The notes: generated by a model not told the origin, from the letters alone. A stretch of DNA of 64,000 nucleotides from a candidate division FCPU426 bacterium (GCA_963771075.1 CAVYSE010000005.1:32001-96000); one strand, 5' to 3'. Shown: positions 43,141 through 53,802, counted from the stretch's first letter. Numbers and translations: made by a program.

Positions 43141-44754
43141 ATGAAATACCAATGGTTGTTCGCGTTCTTGCTTGCAGTTCCATCCTGGGCCCTTCCCGCC
43201 GACAAGGCATTTGAATTATTTCCTCCGGCCAATAACGCCGCGCCGGAGACCTTTACCAAGGCGGTCCAACCCTTCCCGGCGGAGGGCAAGCCCTGGAAGT
43301 TCGCTCATGGCGCCAAGGTCCAGGTCAAGGTGGATGCCGCGCAGGTTCTGCAAAAGATCACCCCCTATCAATTCGGGTCCAATCTCGCCTGTTGGGATAA
43401 CAAACAATTCGTGAACGACCCGGATTGCCAGGAAAAGGTCAGGCAGGCGGGCATCCGGTTCTGGCGCTGGCCGGGAGGCAGTACCTCGGACAACTACCAT
43501 TGGGATGGCAAGTATGGGGACCATACCAAGGACCATGACGGGGGGAACCCGCCGAATATGAACGAACCCTGGGCCGCCTCCACCGACGATTTCATTTCCT
43601 TCTGCCAGAAGACGAATTCGGAAGCCATCGTGACGGTCAACTACGGCGCAGCCCGTTATGAGAATGTCCGGTACGCGGCCGACCTGGCCGCCCGGTGGGT
43701 GCATTATTTCAACTTCGAGAAGAATTTCAGGGTGCGTTATTGGGAGATTGGCAACGAGAATTTCGGGTCCTGGGAAGAGGGGAACCAGCTGGCAGGCAAA
43801 TCGCAATTGACCGGCGATGTCTATGGCAAGGATTTCCAGGTGATCGCCTCGGCCATGCGAAAAGTGGACCCGGACATCTTTATCGGGGCGGTGGCCGTGG
43901 ACAAGGACAGCGGGGATGATTGGAATGGTTACCACTGGTGGATGAGGGGCCTTCTGCCCCAGCTTCAACGGAAAGCCGATTTCCTGATCTTCCATGAATA
44001 TTTCATATGGCCCTTCGATGGCGCGAAAAACTATACCAATCCCAGCAACCAGGTTCTTCTGTCGAACCTTCACGAGATCCCCGACGCCAAGGCCGCTTTC
44101 GATGACATGGAAGACAAATACGCGCCGACCGAGAAGGGTTTGCCCATCGCCGCGACCGAGTTCAACATGATCAACGGCGATCCCCCCCAGACGATCCAAC
44201 TGTTGAACGGGTTATTTGCGGCGGAAGCCCTGGGGGAGATGATCAAGACGGGTTTCAAAAATTCCAACATCTGGGACCTGAAGAACGGCCTGGATGAGAA
44301 GCTCAAGGGGGACCATGGCTTGCTGGCCTATGGGGACTCCCGGATTCCGGCGGGTACACCCCGGCCGACCTATTACACTTACGCCCTTTATTCCCGGGCT
44401 TTCGGGGACACCCTGGTTTCGGCGGAGAGCGCGGACCCAACGGTAAAGATCTATGCCAGCCGTTTTTCGGGCGGGGAACTGGGTTTGGTCATCGTGAACG
44501 AGAATGACCAGAACCGCACGGCCGTTTTTGACCTGGCGGGGTTCAAGCCCCAGGGAAAACTGATGGGATGGGTCATGACCGGCAAGAATCTTAATGATTT
44601 TCAGGTTTCGTGGAACGGCGAAATGGGACCGGCGGGAGGGGGAGGGCCCTATCCCATCCAGACGATCCCGCCATACCGGGCCGTCTTCAAGACCAATCAA
44701 CCCCTCCAGCTACCCTTGCAAGCCAGGTCGGTTACGGGCCTTATCCTTTATTAG
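43141..44754 (+). CDS. Secreted clan GH-A-type glycoside hydrolase
   Basis: Signal peptide, RWPGGS.SD.YHW, YWEIGNE (acid/base), ATEFN (nucleophile), C-terminal beta domain. Confidence 0.8.
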   Translation: MKYQWLFAFLLAVPSWALPADKAFELFPPANNAAPETFTKAVQPFPAEGKPWKFAHGAKVQVKVDAAQVLQKITPYQFGSNLACWDNKQFVNDPDCQEKVRQAGIRFWRWPGGSTSDNYHWDGKYGDHTKDHDGGNPPNMNEPWAASTDDFISFCQKTNSEAIVTVNYGAARYENVRYAADLAARWVHYFNFEKNFRVRYWEIGNENFGSWEEGNQLAGKSQLTGDVYGKDFQVIASAMRKVDPDIFIGAVAVDKDSGDDWNGYHWWMRGLLPQLQRKADFLIFHEYFIWPFDGAKNYTNPSNQVLLSNLHEIPDAKAAFDDMEDKYAPTEKGLPIAATEFNMINGDPPQTIQLLNGLFAAEALGEMIKTGFKNSNIWDLKNGLDEKLKGDHGLLAYGDSRIPAGTPRPTYYTYALYSRAFGDTLVSAESADPTVKIYASRFSGGELGLVIVNENDQNRTAVFDLAGFKPQGKLMGWVMTGKNLNDFQVSWNGEMGPAGGGGPYPIQTIPPYRAVFKTNQPLQLPLQARSVTGLILY

Positions 44755-44978
44755 GTCGATAAGGTTGGCTTTCGACCGCAGCCGATAGATTAAACAGGTC
44801 TTGGACTGCCAATAAACCTTTTGTTACTTGTCCACGACGGGGACCCGTCGCGGACAGGTAATTCGAACCATGCCAACCCCCTTTTCAGGTCAAAGATTGA
44901 AGAGGTTTTAGATCCCATTGCAGGATTATCGATATAATGATATCATGATATCGTTACCATTCATTTGGGAGGAGACCC

Positions 44979-45230
44979 ATGGCCCAACTCATCGTTAGAA
45001 ATTTAGATGACAGCGTGAAGATGAAGCTGAGCCAAAGGGCCCGGAAGAATGGGCACAGCACGGAGGAAGAAGTACGGGATATCTTGAGAAACGCGGTAGG
45101 AAAAGATAGGGGCCTCGCCCCCATGCCATTGGGCGCCAGGTTTAAGGCGCGGTTTAGCAAGATAGGCCTAACTAGGGAAATCCCCGAATTGCGTGGACAG
45201 CAGGCCCAACCCGCCACCCTTGTCCCATGA
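44979..45230 (+). CDS. FitA-like RHH antitoxin
   Basis: MAQLIVRNLDD...RA..NG.S.EEEVRDIL. Confidence 0.88.
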   Translation: MAQLIVRNLDDSVKMKLSQRARKNGHSTEEEVRDILRNAVGKDRGLAPMPLGARFKARFSKIGLTREIPELRGQQAQPATLVP

Positions 45231-45646
45231 TCCTGCTCGATACAAATGTCCTTTCCGCATTGATGCTTCGGGAACCGGACCCTACGGTCGTTTCATGGCT
45301 GGATCGCCAGTCCGTTGAATCGGTTTGGACAACGACGATCACGGTATTTGAAATTCGGTTTGGCCTCGAGAACCTGGCGGGTGGGAAAAGACGGCGTCAG
45401 CTGGAAGAAATTTTTAACCAAACCCTGGAAATTGATTTGGAAGGCCGAGTCCTGCCATTTGACCTGGCCGCGGCCCGGGCGTCTGCCTCGATCGCGGCCC
45501 AACAAAGAAAAAGTGGGCGTCCGGTTGAGATACGAGATGTCCAGATTGCCGGGATCACTTTGGCCAGCAAGGCTACATTAGCCACCCGCAATATCCGGCA
45601 TTTCCAAGGGCTTGGTATCCATCTGATCGATCCCTGGAAAGCCTAG
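45227..45646 (+). CDS. FitB/VapC PIN toxin
   Basis: ILLDTNVLS, EIRFG, D.QIAGI, LATRN..HF, IDPW. Confidence 0.92.
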   Translation: MILLDTNVLSALMLREPDPTVVSWLDRQSVESVWTTTITVFEIRFGLENLAGGKRRRQLEEIFNQTLEIDLEGRVLPFDLAAARASASIAAQQRKSGRPVEIRDVQIAGITLASKATLATRNIRHFQGLGIHLIDPWKA

Positions 45647-45694
45647 CCTGTCCACGATGGGGACCCGGATTGGTCAAAGAAAGAAGGTTAGACA

Positions 45695-45973
45695 ATGGTA
45701 AATAAAAAGACGGTTGTGATGAAGATAAACATCAAGGCGTTCGGATTGGCTTGTGGTTTGTTGTGGGGTCTGGGAGTTTTAGGCCTGACTTGGTGGGTCA
45801 TCCTTTTCGAGGGGCCAACCCACGACCTGATGTTGCTTGGACACATCTACCGGGGTTATGACATCAGCCCCGCCGGAAGTTTGATTGGGACTGCTTATGG
45901 CCTGGTGGATGGAGGGGTGGGCGGCGTCGTTTTCGCCTGGCTTTATAACCTCCTCTGCGTCAAGTTCAAATGA
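45695..45973 (+). CDS. Small 2-TM membrane protein (holin-like size and topology)
   Basis: KAFGLACGLLWG...YRGY....GSLIG..YG..DG...AWLYN. Confidence 0.7.
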   Translation: MVNKKTVVMKINIKAFGLACGLLWGLGVLGLTWWVILFEGPTHDLMLLGHIYRGYDISPAGSLIGTAYGLVDGGVGGVVFAWLYNLLCVKFK

Positions 45974-46023
45974 TCAGGTGTTGAGGAATAGCTTGTCCAC
46001 GATGGGGACCCTTCGTGGACATC

Positions 46024-48000
46024 GTGCCAGCGAAGGTTTGTAGAGCCAGCAGGTGAGGGAGTAGGCCGAAGAGGGCCAGCCCAAATCCTGACCAGGTAAT
46101 CGCCAGAGAGCCTGGAAGTCAGCCCCCGGCGTAGGACCGAGAGGTTCTGCCCGAAACGGGGTCATAAACCTCATTCAGTGAGGGAACAATCTAGCAGTCC
46201 GCAACATCAAGTGAATCCTGCCGCGTCGTGAATGGGACACCGAAAGGTGCAAGAGGATGCCGAGCCGCGTGTCTACCGGCGAAGGCCACGATCCCGCTGA
46301 AGAATCTGGAGCAAGCGGGGCAAGTCCTCCGGCGTATGGGGAACGGAATGCTGGAAAGGCTTTGCAAGCAACCTGGGAGATCCTACCCGCCAAAAGACTT
46401 GCCGCTATAAGGCTAAAACCGAAAAGGGGCAAGGGCGGGAGGAAGTCGGAGGGGGTCACAATACCTGTGAAGGGTGGACAACAAAACCACCTGGAGGGAA
46501 GGACCCCTGCTTCAACCAAGCAACCTTCAAAAGGGAGGCGCTGGAGCATGCCCCAAAGGGCCAACAACTCCGAAGACAAGGCGCGAACCCTTCAAAGGGC
46601 GCTATACCGAGCGGCCAAGAGGAGCCCAAGCCGGAGATTTCATGTACTGCATGACAGGATGACCCGATGGGATGTCCTGACAGCGGCATGGAAACAGGTG
46701 AAGGCTAATAAAGGCCAAGGAGGAGTGGACGGGGAAACGCTGGAATGGATCGAAGAGAAGGTGGGAATTATTCCATTCCTGAAGGGCATCCAGGAAGAAC
46801 TCAAAGCTGGGAAGTATCTGCCTAAACCTGTGAGACGAGTGGAAATACCCAAGCCTGATGGAAGCAAGAGACCGTTGGGAATCCCGGTAATTCGGGATCG
46901 GGTAGTTCAAGCGGCTTGCCGGAAGGTGGTGGAACCCATCTTTGAGGCGGACTTTCTGGAAGGCTCGTTTGGATTTCGGCCAAAACGCGGAGCCCAGCAG
47001 GCCCACCGGGAGATCAAGAAGTGGATCAATGGCGGGTACAGATGGGTGGTGGATGGAGATATTCGGAAGTATTTCGATTCCATCGACCACGACAAACTGA
47101 TGGTGCTGGTGCGCCAGAGGATCAGTGACCGGAAGGTTTTGAAACTGATCCGAGGGTGGCTGAAGGCGGGTGTGTTTGAGGAAGGAAGGCTTACGCCGAC
47201 TCTCCGAGGGACACCGCAAGGCGGGGTGATCTCACCGCTGTTATCCAATGTTTACCTTCACTTGCTGGACAAGGTTTGGAATAAGAGGCACAGGAAACTG
47301 GGTAGGCTGGTGCGCTACGCCGACGATTTTGTGGTGTTGTGCGGAAGCCAAGCCCATGCGGAAAAGAGCCTGGAAGTCATCAAGGAATTGATGGGACGAC
47401 TAGGGCTTGAACTGCACCCCGAAAAGACACGGCTGGTGGAAATGGGGCCTGGGAAGGAAGGGTTTGACTTCCTTGGGTTCCACTTTCGAGTAGGTATGCC
47501 GGTGGTAGGATTGGGTAAGACCTGTTGCCTGAGCTGGCCGAGCCGGAAGGCCATGAAGAAAATCGCCGAGAAAGTGAAGCAGATGACGGCGGGCCGAGAG
47601 CGGCTCTTATCTCCAATGGAGGATGTAGCGAAGGCTTTGAACCCGGTGTTAAGGGGGTGGGCCAACTATTTCCGAATTGGGGACAGCCAGCCATACTTTT
47701 CCAAGCTTCAATTTTACGTACTCGAAAGGCTGACTTTGTTTCGGAGGCATAAGTACGCCTGGGAAGGACGAACATGGTCGATCGAGGAAGTGAAACGCCT
47801 TGGTTTGAACTGGATTCCAGCTTTTGCCTTGAATGCTGCCGGTTGAAAGGTTGTCGGAAAGCCGTATGATCGAAAAGGTCACGTACGGTTTGATGAGGGG
47901 GCGCTGGAAACGTGGTGATGAGAGCCGGACTGAGGCCCAATCCGAAAGGGTTGGATTCGCCACCGTACTCTAAGGCATACGCGCCAGCGCTCTACTCTGC
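46024..48000 (+). mobile_element. Group II intron, copy 1 (1977 nt)
   Basis: 5' GTGCC; RT ORF; domain V GAAAGCCGTATG...CACGTACGGTTTG; domain VI ending CTACTCTGC. Boundaries set from the three-copy comparison plus the GUG start and branch-A spacing. Confidence 0.92.
46548..47846 (+). CDS. ltrA: Group II intron reverse transcriptase/maturase, no endonuclease domain
   Basis: RPLGIP..RDRVVQ, GFRP, GTPQGGVISPLL.N, RYADD, FDFLGF, LRGWANYF. Start placed at 46548. Confidence 0.95.
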   Translation: MPQRANNSEDKARTLQRALYRAAKRSPSRRFHVLHDRMTRWDVLTAAWKQVKANKGQGGVDGETLEWIEEKVGIIPFLKGIQEELKAGKYLPKPVRRVEIPKPDGSKRPLGIPVIRDRVVQAACRKVVEPIFEADFLEGSFGFRPKRGAQQAHREIKKWINGGYRWVVDGDIRKYFDSIDHDKLMVLVRQRISDRKVLKLIRGWLKAGVFEEGRLTPTLRGTPQGGVISPLLSNVYLHLLDKVWNKRHRKLGRLVRYADDFVVLCGSQAHAEKSLEVIKELMGRLGLELHPEKTRLVEMGPGKEGFDFLGFHFRVGMPVVGLGKTCCLSWPSRKAMKKIAEKVKQMTAGRERLLSPMEDVAKALNPVLRGWANYFRIGDSQPYFSKLQFYVLERLTLFRRHKYAWEGRTWSIEEVKRLGLNWIPAFALNAAG

Positions 48001-48036
48001 ACGAAAAGTCACGCATAAGAGGCAGTTTATGATTAG

Positions 48037-48456
48037 TTGGCCAATTTGAAAAAGATTAAACCCTGGGTGAAATTTTGGTTATTCGCAGGAACTTTATTAT
48101 TTGGTTACGTGTTTTGGGGGTTGGTTGAAGAAGTTGCTTTCAATAATCGATTTTTTATCCCCACTTTGAGTTCTCGGATGGTTCGGTTAACCGGGTTCAT
48201 TCATTTTCGCATAATCGACTTTTGGTGTTCCAATTGTATCTACGTTTTAGACAGTTCTGGCTCCCAAATTAAAGTGATCGTTCCCCAAAAAGTCCAAGAC
48301 GAAGTTCGGAGAACAAATTGGGGAGATTTAAAAAAGAACGGGAAAACAGTATTTGTTGACTTGAATGCAATATCTGGGGGTCTCGGGGATTATTATGTTT
48401 GTACGAGAGTCAATTCGATTAATGTCGTTGATGGAGTTGTTTCAGTAAGCAAATAA
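48037..48456 (+). CDS. Hypothetical cassette protein (N-terminal TM)
   Basis: AT-rich ORF filling the space between intron 1 and the repeat at 48471. Confidence 0.6.
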   Translation: MANLKKIKPWVKFWLFAGTLLFGYVFWGLVEEVAFNNRFFIPTLSSRMVRLTGFIHFRIIDFWCSNCIYVLDSSGSQIKVIVPQKVQDEVRRTNWGDLKKNGKTVFVDLNAISGGLGDYYVCTRVNSINVVDGVVSVSK

Positions 48457-48550
48457 TTCACATGAAGAGCTGTCCACGACGGGGACCCGTCGTGGACGAT
48501 GTTTTTAAGTTTATTACCCAAATTATAAGTTCTTTCAGATTGGATGTTTT

Positions 48551-49936
48551 ATGAAGAACCGATGGCAATGGGCGGTGACGATTGGGGCTGTCCCACTCTA
48601 TTACCTCCTTTCGCTTATTCCTCTTTATCATTACCCTAATTTTACTAATTCCCATGTAGGCAATCCGCCTATTGGATTGTTCGCACTTGGCCCAACACCG
48701 ATCTATAGTGGTTTTGTATTTGTAGAAATCATTTCCATCCTGGTCAATCCTTTAAAGCGATGGAGAACACAAGGGATGGCAGGCAGGGAAAAAATACATC
48801 GAGTTCAGCTTATTTTTATGTTTCTTGCAGCCATGTTTCAGGGATGGGGCACGGGTGAACTTATTAAAACTTTTGGCCCCGATTACACGGTGGAAATATT
48901 TGGAACGACCGGACTAGCCGCTCAAATTATTCTGTGTTCCTGTTTGGTTAACGGCGTCTTGATCTTCTACTTGATCGCTACAAATGTGTCCCTGTATGGT
49001 TTGTTCAATGGTTTTATTCTTTTCCTTTTCGTACGGCCCCTGGTGTCGAAAACTCTGGGTCTCATCGATGGAATCCAAACGGACTTACGCTTGCCCGTTG
49101 ACCTTCACTTTTCTAATTTTGATGAAAAAATGAATTTTATATATTTCTTTTTCGTCCTTGTAGGCGTGGGGTTTGTTCTGTACCAAAAACGAAAGAAAAT
49201 ATTAGAACTTATTTATCATTATGTGCTTCGTAACCCATTGGTTGGCTATCAAACAAAAGAAAAATTGTATCAAGTGAAAACTTCGCCCGTTCCTCAAACG
49301 TTAACGGGTGGTTTGGGTGTTTTGGTGCTGATTCTACAAATGGTTTTGTACCAACATGGCGCTTTTTCGGATAACGGGACTTTGCGAAATGTGCTATGGG
49401 TCGGGGCGGATATGATTGATCTGGGTGTGACATCTTTTTTACTTTGGCTTTTATTTACCAACACCTACTGGGTCGATCATCATCTGGAAGGACGGGCGTC
49501 TTGGCTTCCTGAACGGGACAAATTGAAGCCTTATTTTATTTTTTGGCTTGTGATGTCCGCTTTCGCAGTATTAATAAATGAGTCACCATTGTTTTTCCAT
49601 TTTTCATTAACTATTGAAAAATTGAGCCGTATTTTTCTTGAGCCTATTTTCATCCTGACGACGGTCATTTTAGGGATAGAAATTTACGAAAAATGGCAAT
49701 TCGAGCAAAGGTCGATTCAAAAAGTATGCCTGGCCGAAATGGATAATGTGGAATTGGTCCAGCTTTGGGTGGCCCAACTTGAAGAGGCGAATCTTTCCTT
49801 TCATGTGGAGGGCCTTCGTTATAGGCAACTTACGCAATTCTTTGCGCCTTATTTGAAAATGAGGCTGTTTGTGGATGAAAGTCAGGCCCAGGACGCGGTA
49901 AGCATCATTCGTTTAGAAGAAGTTAAGCAAATATAA
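48551..49936 (+). CDS. Polytopic membrane protein with SecY-like N-terminal half and DUF2007-like C-terminus
   Basis: GLFALGPTPIYSG..., G..GR.KI, A.FQG, YGLFNG resemble SecY TM2-TM5 motifs. Confidence 0.6.
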   Translation: MKNRWQWAVTIGAVPLYYLLSLIPLYHYPNFTNSHVGNPPIGLFALGPTPIYSGFVFVEIISILVNPLKRWRTQGMAGREKIHRVQLIFMFLAAMFQGWGTGELIKTFGPDYTVEIFGTTGLAAQIILCSCLVNGVLIFYLIATNVSLYGLFNGFILFLFVRPLVSKTLGLIDGIQTDLRLPVDLHFSNFDEKMNFIYFFFVLVGVGFVLYQKRKKILELIYHYVLRNPLVGYQTKEKLYQVKTSPVPQTLTGGLGVLVLILQMVLYQHGAFSDNGTLRNVLWVGADMIDLGVTSFLLWLLFTNTYWVDHHLEGRASWLPERDKLKPYFIFWLVMSAFAVLINESPLFFHFSLTIEKLSRIFLEPIFILTTVILGIEIYEKWQFEQRSIQKVCLAEMDNVELVQLWVAQLEEANLSFHVEGLRYRQLTQFFAPYLKMRLFVDESQAQDAVSIIRLEEVKQI

Positions 49937-50057
49937 TGTGGGAGTTCGCTGTCCACGATGGGGACCCGTCGTGGACAAGCTTTAGTCACAAGGCCAAGAT
50001 GAAAATTCAAAATGGGTGATTATTGAAAACTGAGAAGGTGGAAAGAAGCTTAACCCA

Positions 50058-50558
50058 ATGGAAAATTCTTACAATTTAGAAAAAACTATTTGGTCAGAAG
50101 CCGACTTTGAAAAAATGTGTTGGCATGATGTTCATGTCCATGGAATTTCGTTTGGGCCAATGTCGGAAGAAAACGGAACGGCCGATTTTTTATTTGATAT
50201 TGATTACCTCTTTGAATGGATAAAACCCATTGCGCCTGAAATTTTCTATAGCTTTTGGATAGCCCCATGCACTCTCGTTTTTGAAAACGCGTATGACTTT
50301 AAAATGCAAATAGAAGACAAAATAGGTTTTGCTTTCGGTCCCTTTGTAATAGAAGATTTTTCAATGGCTGAGAACCTGGAACGGGATGGCGTTCATTACG
50401 GTTACCGTTGGAAAATCAAACTTAGAACCGGGTGGATAGAATTGAAATCCTACGGATTAAAACAATACGTTCGCCAAAAACCGAGAGTGGGTGGCCAATG
50501 GTTGTTATTTGAAGAACGGGCCGGTGTGAATTATCAAAAAAAATATTCCGGGTCGTAA
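50058..50558 (+). CDS. Hypothetical cassette protein
   Basis: AT-rich ORF between the repeats at 49950 and 50563. Confidence 0.75.
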   Translation: MENSYNLEKTIWSEADFEKMCWHDVHVHGISFGPMSEENGTADFLFDIDYLFEWIKPIAPEIFYSFWIAPCTLVFENAYDFKMQIEDKIGFAFGPFVIEDFSMAENLERDGVHYGYRWKIKLRTGWIELKSYGLKQYVRQKPRVGGQWLLFEERAGVNYQKKYSGS

Positions 50559-50592
50559 GGGTTGTCCACGATGGGGACCCATCGTGGACATC

Positions 50593-52569
50593 GTGCCAGC
50601 GAAGGTTTGTAGAGCCAGCAGGTGAGGGAGTAGGCCGAAGAGGGCCAGCCCAAATCCTGACCAGGTAATCGCCAGAGAGCCTGGAAGTCAGCCCCCGGCG
50701 TAGGACCGAGAGGTTCTGCCCGAAACGGGGTCATAAACCTCATTCAGTGAGGGAACAATCTAGCAGTCCGCAACATCAAGTGAATCCTGCCGCGTCGTGA
50801 ATGGGACACCGAAAGGTGCAAGAGGATGCCGAGCCGCGTGTCTACCGGCGAAGGCCACGATCCCGCTGAAGAATCTGGAGCAAGCGGGGCAAGTCCTCCG
50901 GCGTATGGGGAACGGAATGCTGGAAAGGCTTTGCAAGCAACCTGGGAGATCCTACCCGCCAAAAGACTTGCCGCTATAAGGCTAAAACCGAAAAGGGGCA
51001 AGGGCGGGAGGAAGTCGGAGGGGGTCACAATACCTGTGAAGGGTGGACAACAAAACCACCTGGAGGGAAGGACCCCTGCTTCAACCAAGCAACCTTCAAA
51101 AGGGAGGCGCTGGAGCATGCCCCAAAGGGCCAACAACTCCGAAGACAAGGCGCGAACCCTTCAAAGGGCGCTATACCGAGCGGCCAAGAGGAGCCCAAGC
51201 CGGAGATTTCATGTACTGCATGACAGGATGACCCGATGGGATGTCCTGACAGCGGCATGGAAACAGGTGAAGGCTAATAAAGGCCAAGGAGGAGTGGACG
51301 GGGAAACGCTGGAATGGATCGAAGAGAAGGTGGGAATTATTCCATTCCTGAAGGGCATCCAGGAAGAACTCAAAGCTGGGAAGTATCTGCCTAAACCTGT
51401 GAGACGAGTGGAAATACCCAAGCCTGATGGAAGCAAGAGACCGTTGGGAATCCCGGTAATTCGGGATCGGGTAGTTCAAGCGGCTTGCCGGAAGGTGGTG
51501 GAACCCATCTTTGAGGCGGACTTTCTGGAAGGCTCGTTTGGATTTCGGCCAAAACGCGGAGCCCAGCAGGCCCACCGGGAGATCAAGAAGTGGATCAATG
51601 GCGGGTACAGATGGGTGGTGGATGGAGATATTCGGAAGTATTTCGATTCCATCGACCACGACAAACTGATGGTGCTGGTGCGCCAGAGGATCAGTGACCG
51701 GAAGGTTTTGAAACTGATCCGAGGGTGGCTGAAGGCGGGTGTGTTTGAGGAAGGAAGGCTTACGCCGACTCTCCGAGGGACACCGCAAGGCGGGGTGATC
51801 TCACCGCTGTTATCCAATGTTTACCTTCACTTGCTGGACAAGGTTTGGAATAAGAGGCACAGGAAACTGGGTAGGCTGGTGCGCTACGCCGACGATTTTG
51901 TGGTGTTGTGCGGAAGCCAAGCCCATGCGGAAAAGAGCCTGGAAGTCATCAAGGAATTGATGGGACGACTAGGGCTTGAACTGCACCCCGAAAAGACACG
52001 GCTGGTGGAAATGGGGCCTGGGAAGGAAGGGTTTGACTTCCTTGGGTTCCACTTTCGAGTAGGTATGCCGGTGGTAGGATTGGGTAAGACCTGTTGCCTG
52101 AGCTGGCCGAGCCGGAAGGCCATGAAGAAAATCGCCGAGAAAGTGAAGCAGATGACGGCGGGCCGAGAGCGGCTCTTATCTCCAATGGAGGATGTAGCGA
52201 AGGCTTTGAACCCGGTGTTAAGGGGGTGGGCCAACTATTTCCGAATTGGGGACAGCCAGCCATACTTTTCCAAGCTTCAATTTTACGTACTCGAAAGGCT
52301 GACTTTGTTTCGGAGGCATAAGTACGCCTGGGAAGGACGAACATGGTCGATCGAGGAAGTGAAACGCCTTGGTTTGAACTGGATTCCAGCTTTTGCCTTG
52401 AATGCTGCCGGTTGAAAGGTTGTCGGAAAGCCGTATGATCGAAAAGGTCACGTACGGTTTGATGAGGGGGCGCTGGAAACGTGGTGATGAGAGCCGGACT
52501 GAGGCCCAATCCGAAAGGGTTGGATTCGCCACCGTACTCTAAGGCATACGCGCCAGCGCTCTACTCTGC
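50593..52569 (+). mobile_element. Group II intron, copy 2
   Basis: Same sequence as copy 1 by inspection (offset 4569); same encoded protein. Confidence 0.92.
51117..52415 (+). CDS. ltrA: Group II intron RT/maturase
   Basis: Translation identical to copy 1. Confidence 0.95.
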   Translation: MPQRANNSEDKARTLQRALYRAAKRSPSRRFHVLHDRMTRWDVLTAAWKQVKANKGQGGVDGETLEWIEEKVGIIPFLKGIQEELKAGKYLPKPVRRVEIPKPDGSKRPLGIPVIRDRVVQAACRKVVEPIFEADFLEGSFGFRPKRGAQQAHREIKKWINGGYRWVVDGDIRKYFDSIDHDKLMVLVRQRISDRKVLKLIRGWLKAGVFEEGRLTPTLRGTPQGGVISPLLSNVYLHLLDKVWNKRHRKLGRLVRYADDFVVLCGSQAHAEKSLEVIKELMGRLGLELHPEKTRLVEMGPGKEGFDFLGFHFRVGMPVVGLGKTCCLSWPSRKAMKKIAEKVKQMTAGRERLLSPMEDVAKALNPVLRGWANYFRIGDSQPYFSKLQFYVLERLTLFRRHKYAWEGRTWSIEEVKRLGLNWIPAFALNAAG

Positions 52570-52610
52570 ATGAAAAGTACCAATGGAGCGTCTGATAGGG
52601 TGAGGTATTA

Positions 52611-53588
52611 ATGGGATTTTTTGAAGAATTCAAAAAACTGCTGTGGCTCTACAACCCCCTTAAAAAATCTGGAAGGCCTGGGGAGATTAAGAGCCGAGGC
52701 ATCAACGGAGCTGTTTTTTGCCCCATTTACAACCATTGGATTTCCAACCTTGAGTGTTTAGAAACGAGCGGGGAGCGCGGCTCCTACGACGAAATTGACA
52801 AACCCGATTTAAATCATTTGGAAACCGGCTACAACGATATTCATAACGCGACTAAACGTAGCGGGCATAAATTCCCCCAAGACATTAAAAAAGTGGTCAT
52901 TACCTGTGAGTATTGTGAAGCCTACTGCCTCGGCCAGGAAAATGGACCTCTAGTAGTCCCTCCCATTGACAGTATCGATCGAAAGAAATTGTTGTTCGAT
53001 TTATATGACGAAAGTAAAAGATATTCAAAAGACACCATTGACCCAACGGAATTGGAGAAGATTAAAAAGGCAGCCATGGAACTGAGCGAAAAAGCCGGAA
53101 AATACTTGGCCGAACATCTGAACCTTGAAAAAGAAATACGCGAAATAACAGTCGAATTCGAAGCGCAAGAAACTGGAAAAACGGGTTTTTGGATCATTCT
53201 TTTTGGCCTCGTTTTTGCTGTCGCCGGATTCGGGAATCTTTGGAATGTCAACTGGTTCGCTCATAAAGCCTTTCAGGGGAAAGGGGCTGTTTTGTCGGTA
53301 GAGAAAAAAGAAGCGACCGACAGTGGCAAATGGATTGCCCGGGTCCGATATACCCCTCGGAATTACCCAGAAGTCGTCGCTGAGCTTGAAGTTGAAAAAC
53401 CTTATGAAACAAATCAATTGGTAGAATTTCTTTATGACCCACAAAACCCCAATAAGCTACGGCCCGCCAGCTGGTCAAAAAAAAGTCCGCTGACCAATTT
53501 CTTTTTGGCGATAATTGGCATTGTTGTCATCGGGTTCGGCTGGAGCAAATTAAAAGTTGCCAGGCCTTTTTATCCGAAAAGGGGTTAA
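52611..53588 (+). CDS. Hypothetical membrane protein with DUF3592-like C-terminus
   Basis: TM-beta-YDPQNP-TM layout; RBS GAGG. Confidence 0.65.
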   Translation: MGFFEEFKKLLWLYNPLKKSGRPGEIKSRGINGAVFCPIYNHWISNLECLETSGERGSYDEIDKPDLNHLETGYNDIHNATKRSGHKFPQDIKKVVITCEYCEAYCLGQENGPLVVPPIDSIDRKKLLFDLYDESKRYSKDTIDPTELEKIKKAAMELSEKAGKYLAEHLNLEKEIREITVEFEAQETGKTGFWIILFGLVFAVAGFGNLWNVNWFAHKAFQGKGAVLSVEKKEATDSGKWIARVRYTPRNYPEVVAELEVEKPYETNQLVEFLYDPQNPNKLRPASWSKKSPLTNFFLAIIGIVVIGFGWSKLKVARPFYPKRG

Positions 53589-53612
53589 AAGGTTGCTATG
53601 AGGCCATTCCTC

Positions 53613-53802
53613 AAGTTCAATTAAGCCCACCCGTCAGCCTTTTGGTTTCGCGGATTCACGCTGCTATTCGTGCTCGAGGCACAAGTTAAAAATTCGATAA
53701 TCCAGTAGGGAAGCCACCAGCTGTCCATCGTGCCTTACGGCACCACCAAATTCCGTGGTCATTCCAAAGGGATCGAATCACAAAACCGAGGCTGAAACCT
53801 CT
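53613..53802 (-). ncRNA. Candidate seek/bridge RNA of the IS1111-type element
   Basis: Two similar hairpin units 60 nt apart, each next to a 7-mer: one matches the target repeat, the other the predicted circle junction. Confidence 0.65.

Noticed and set aside
46257..46547. 97-aa N-terminal extension of the intron RT (also in copies 2 and 3)
   Set aside because: Overlaps intron RNA domains I-III; an RBS-like GGAGG/GGAG precedes the ATG at 46548.
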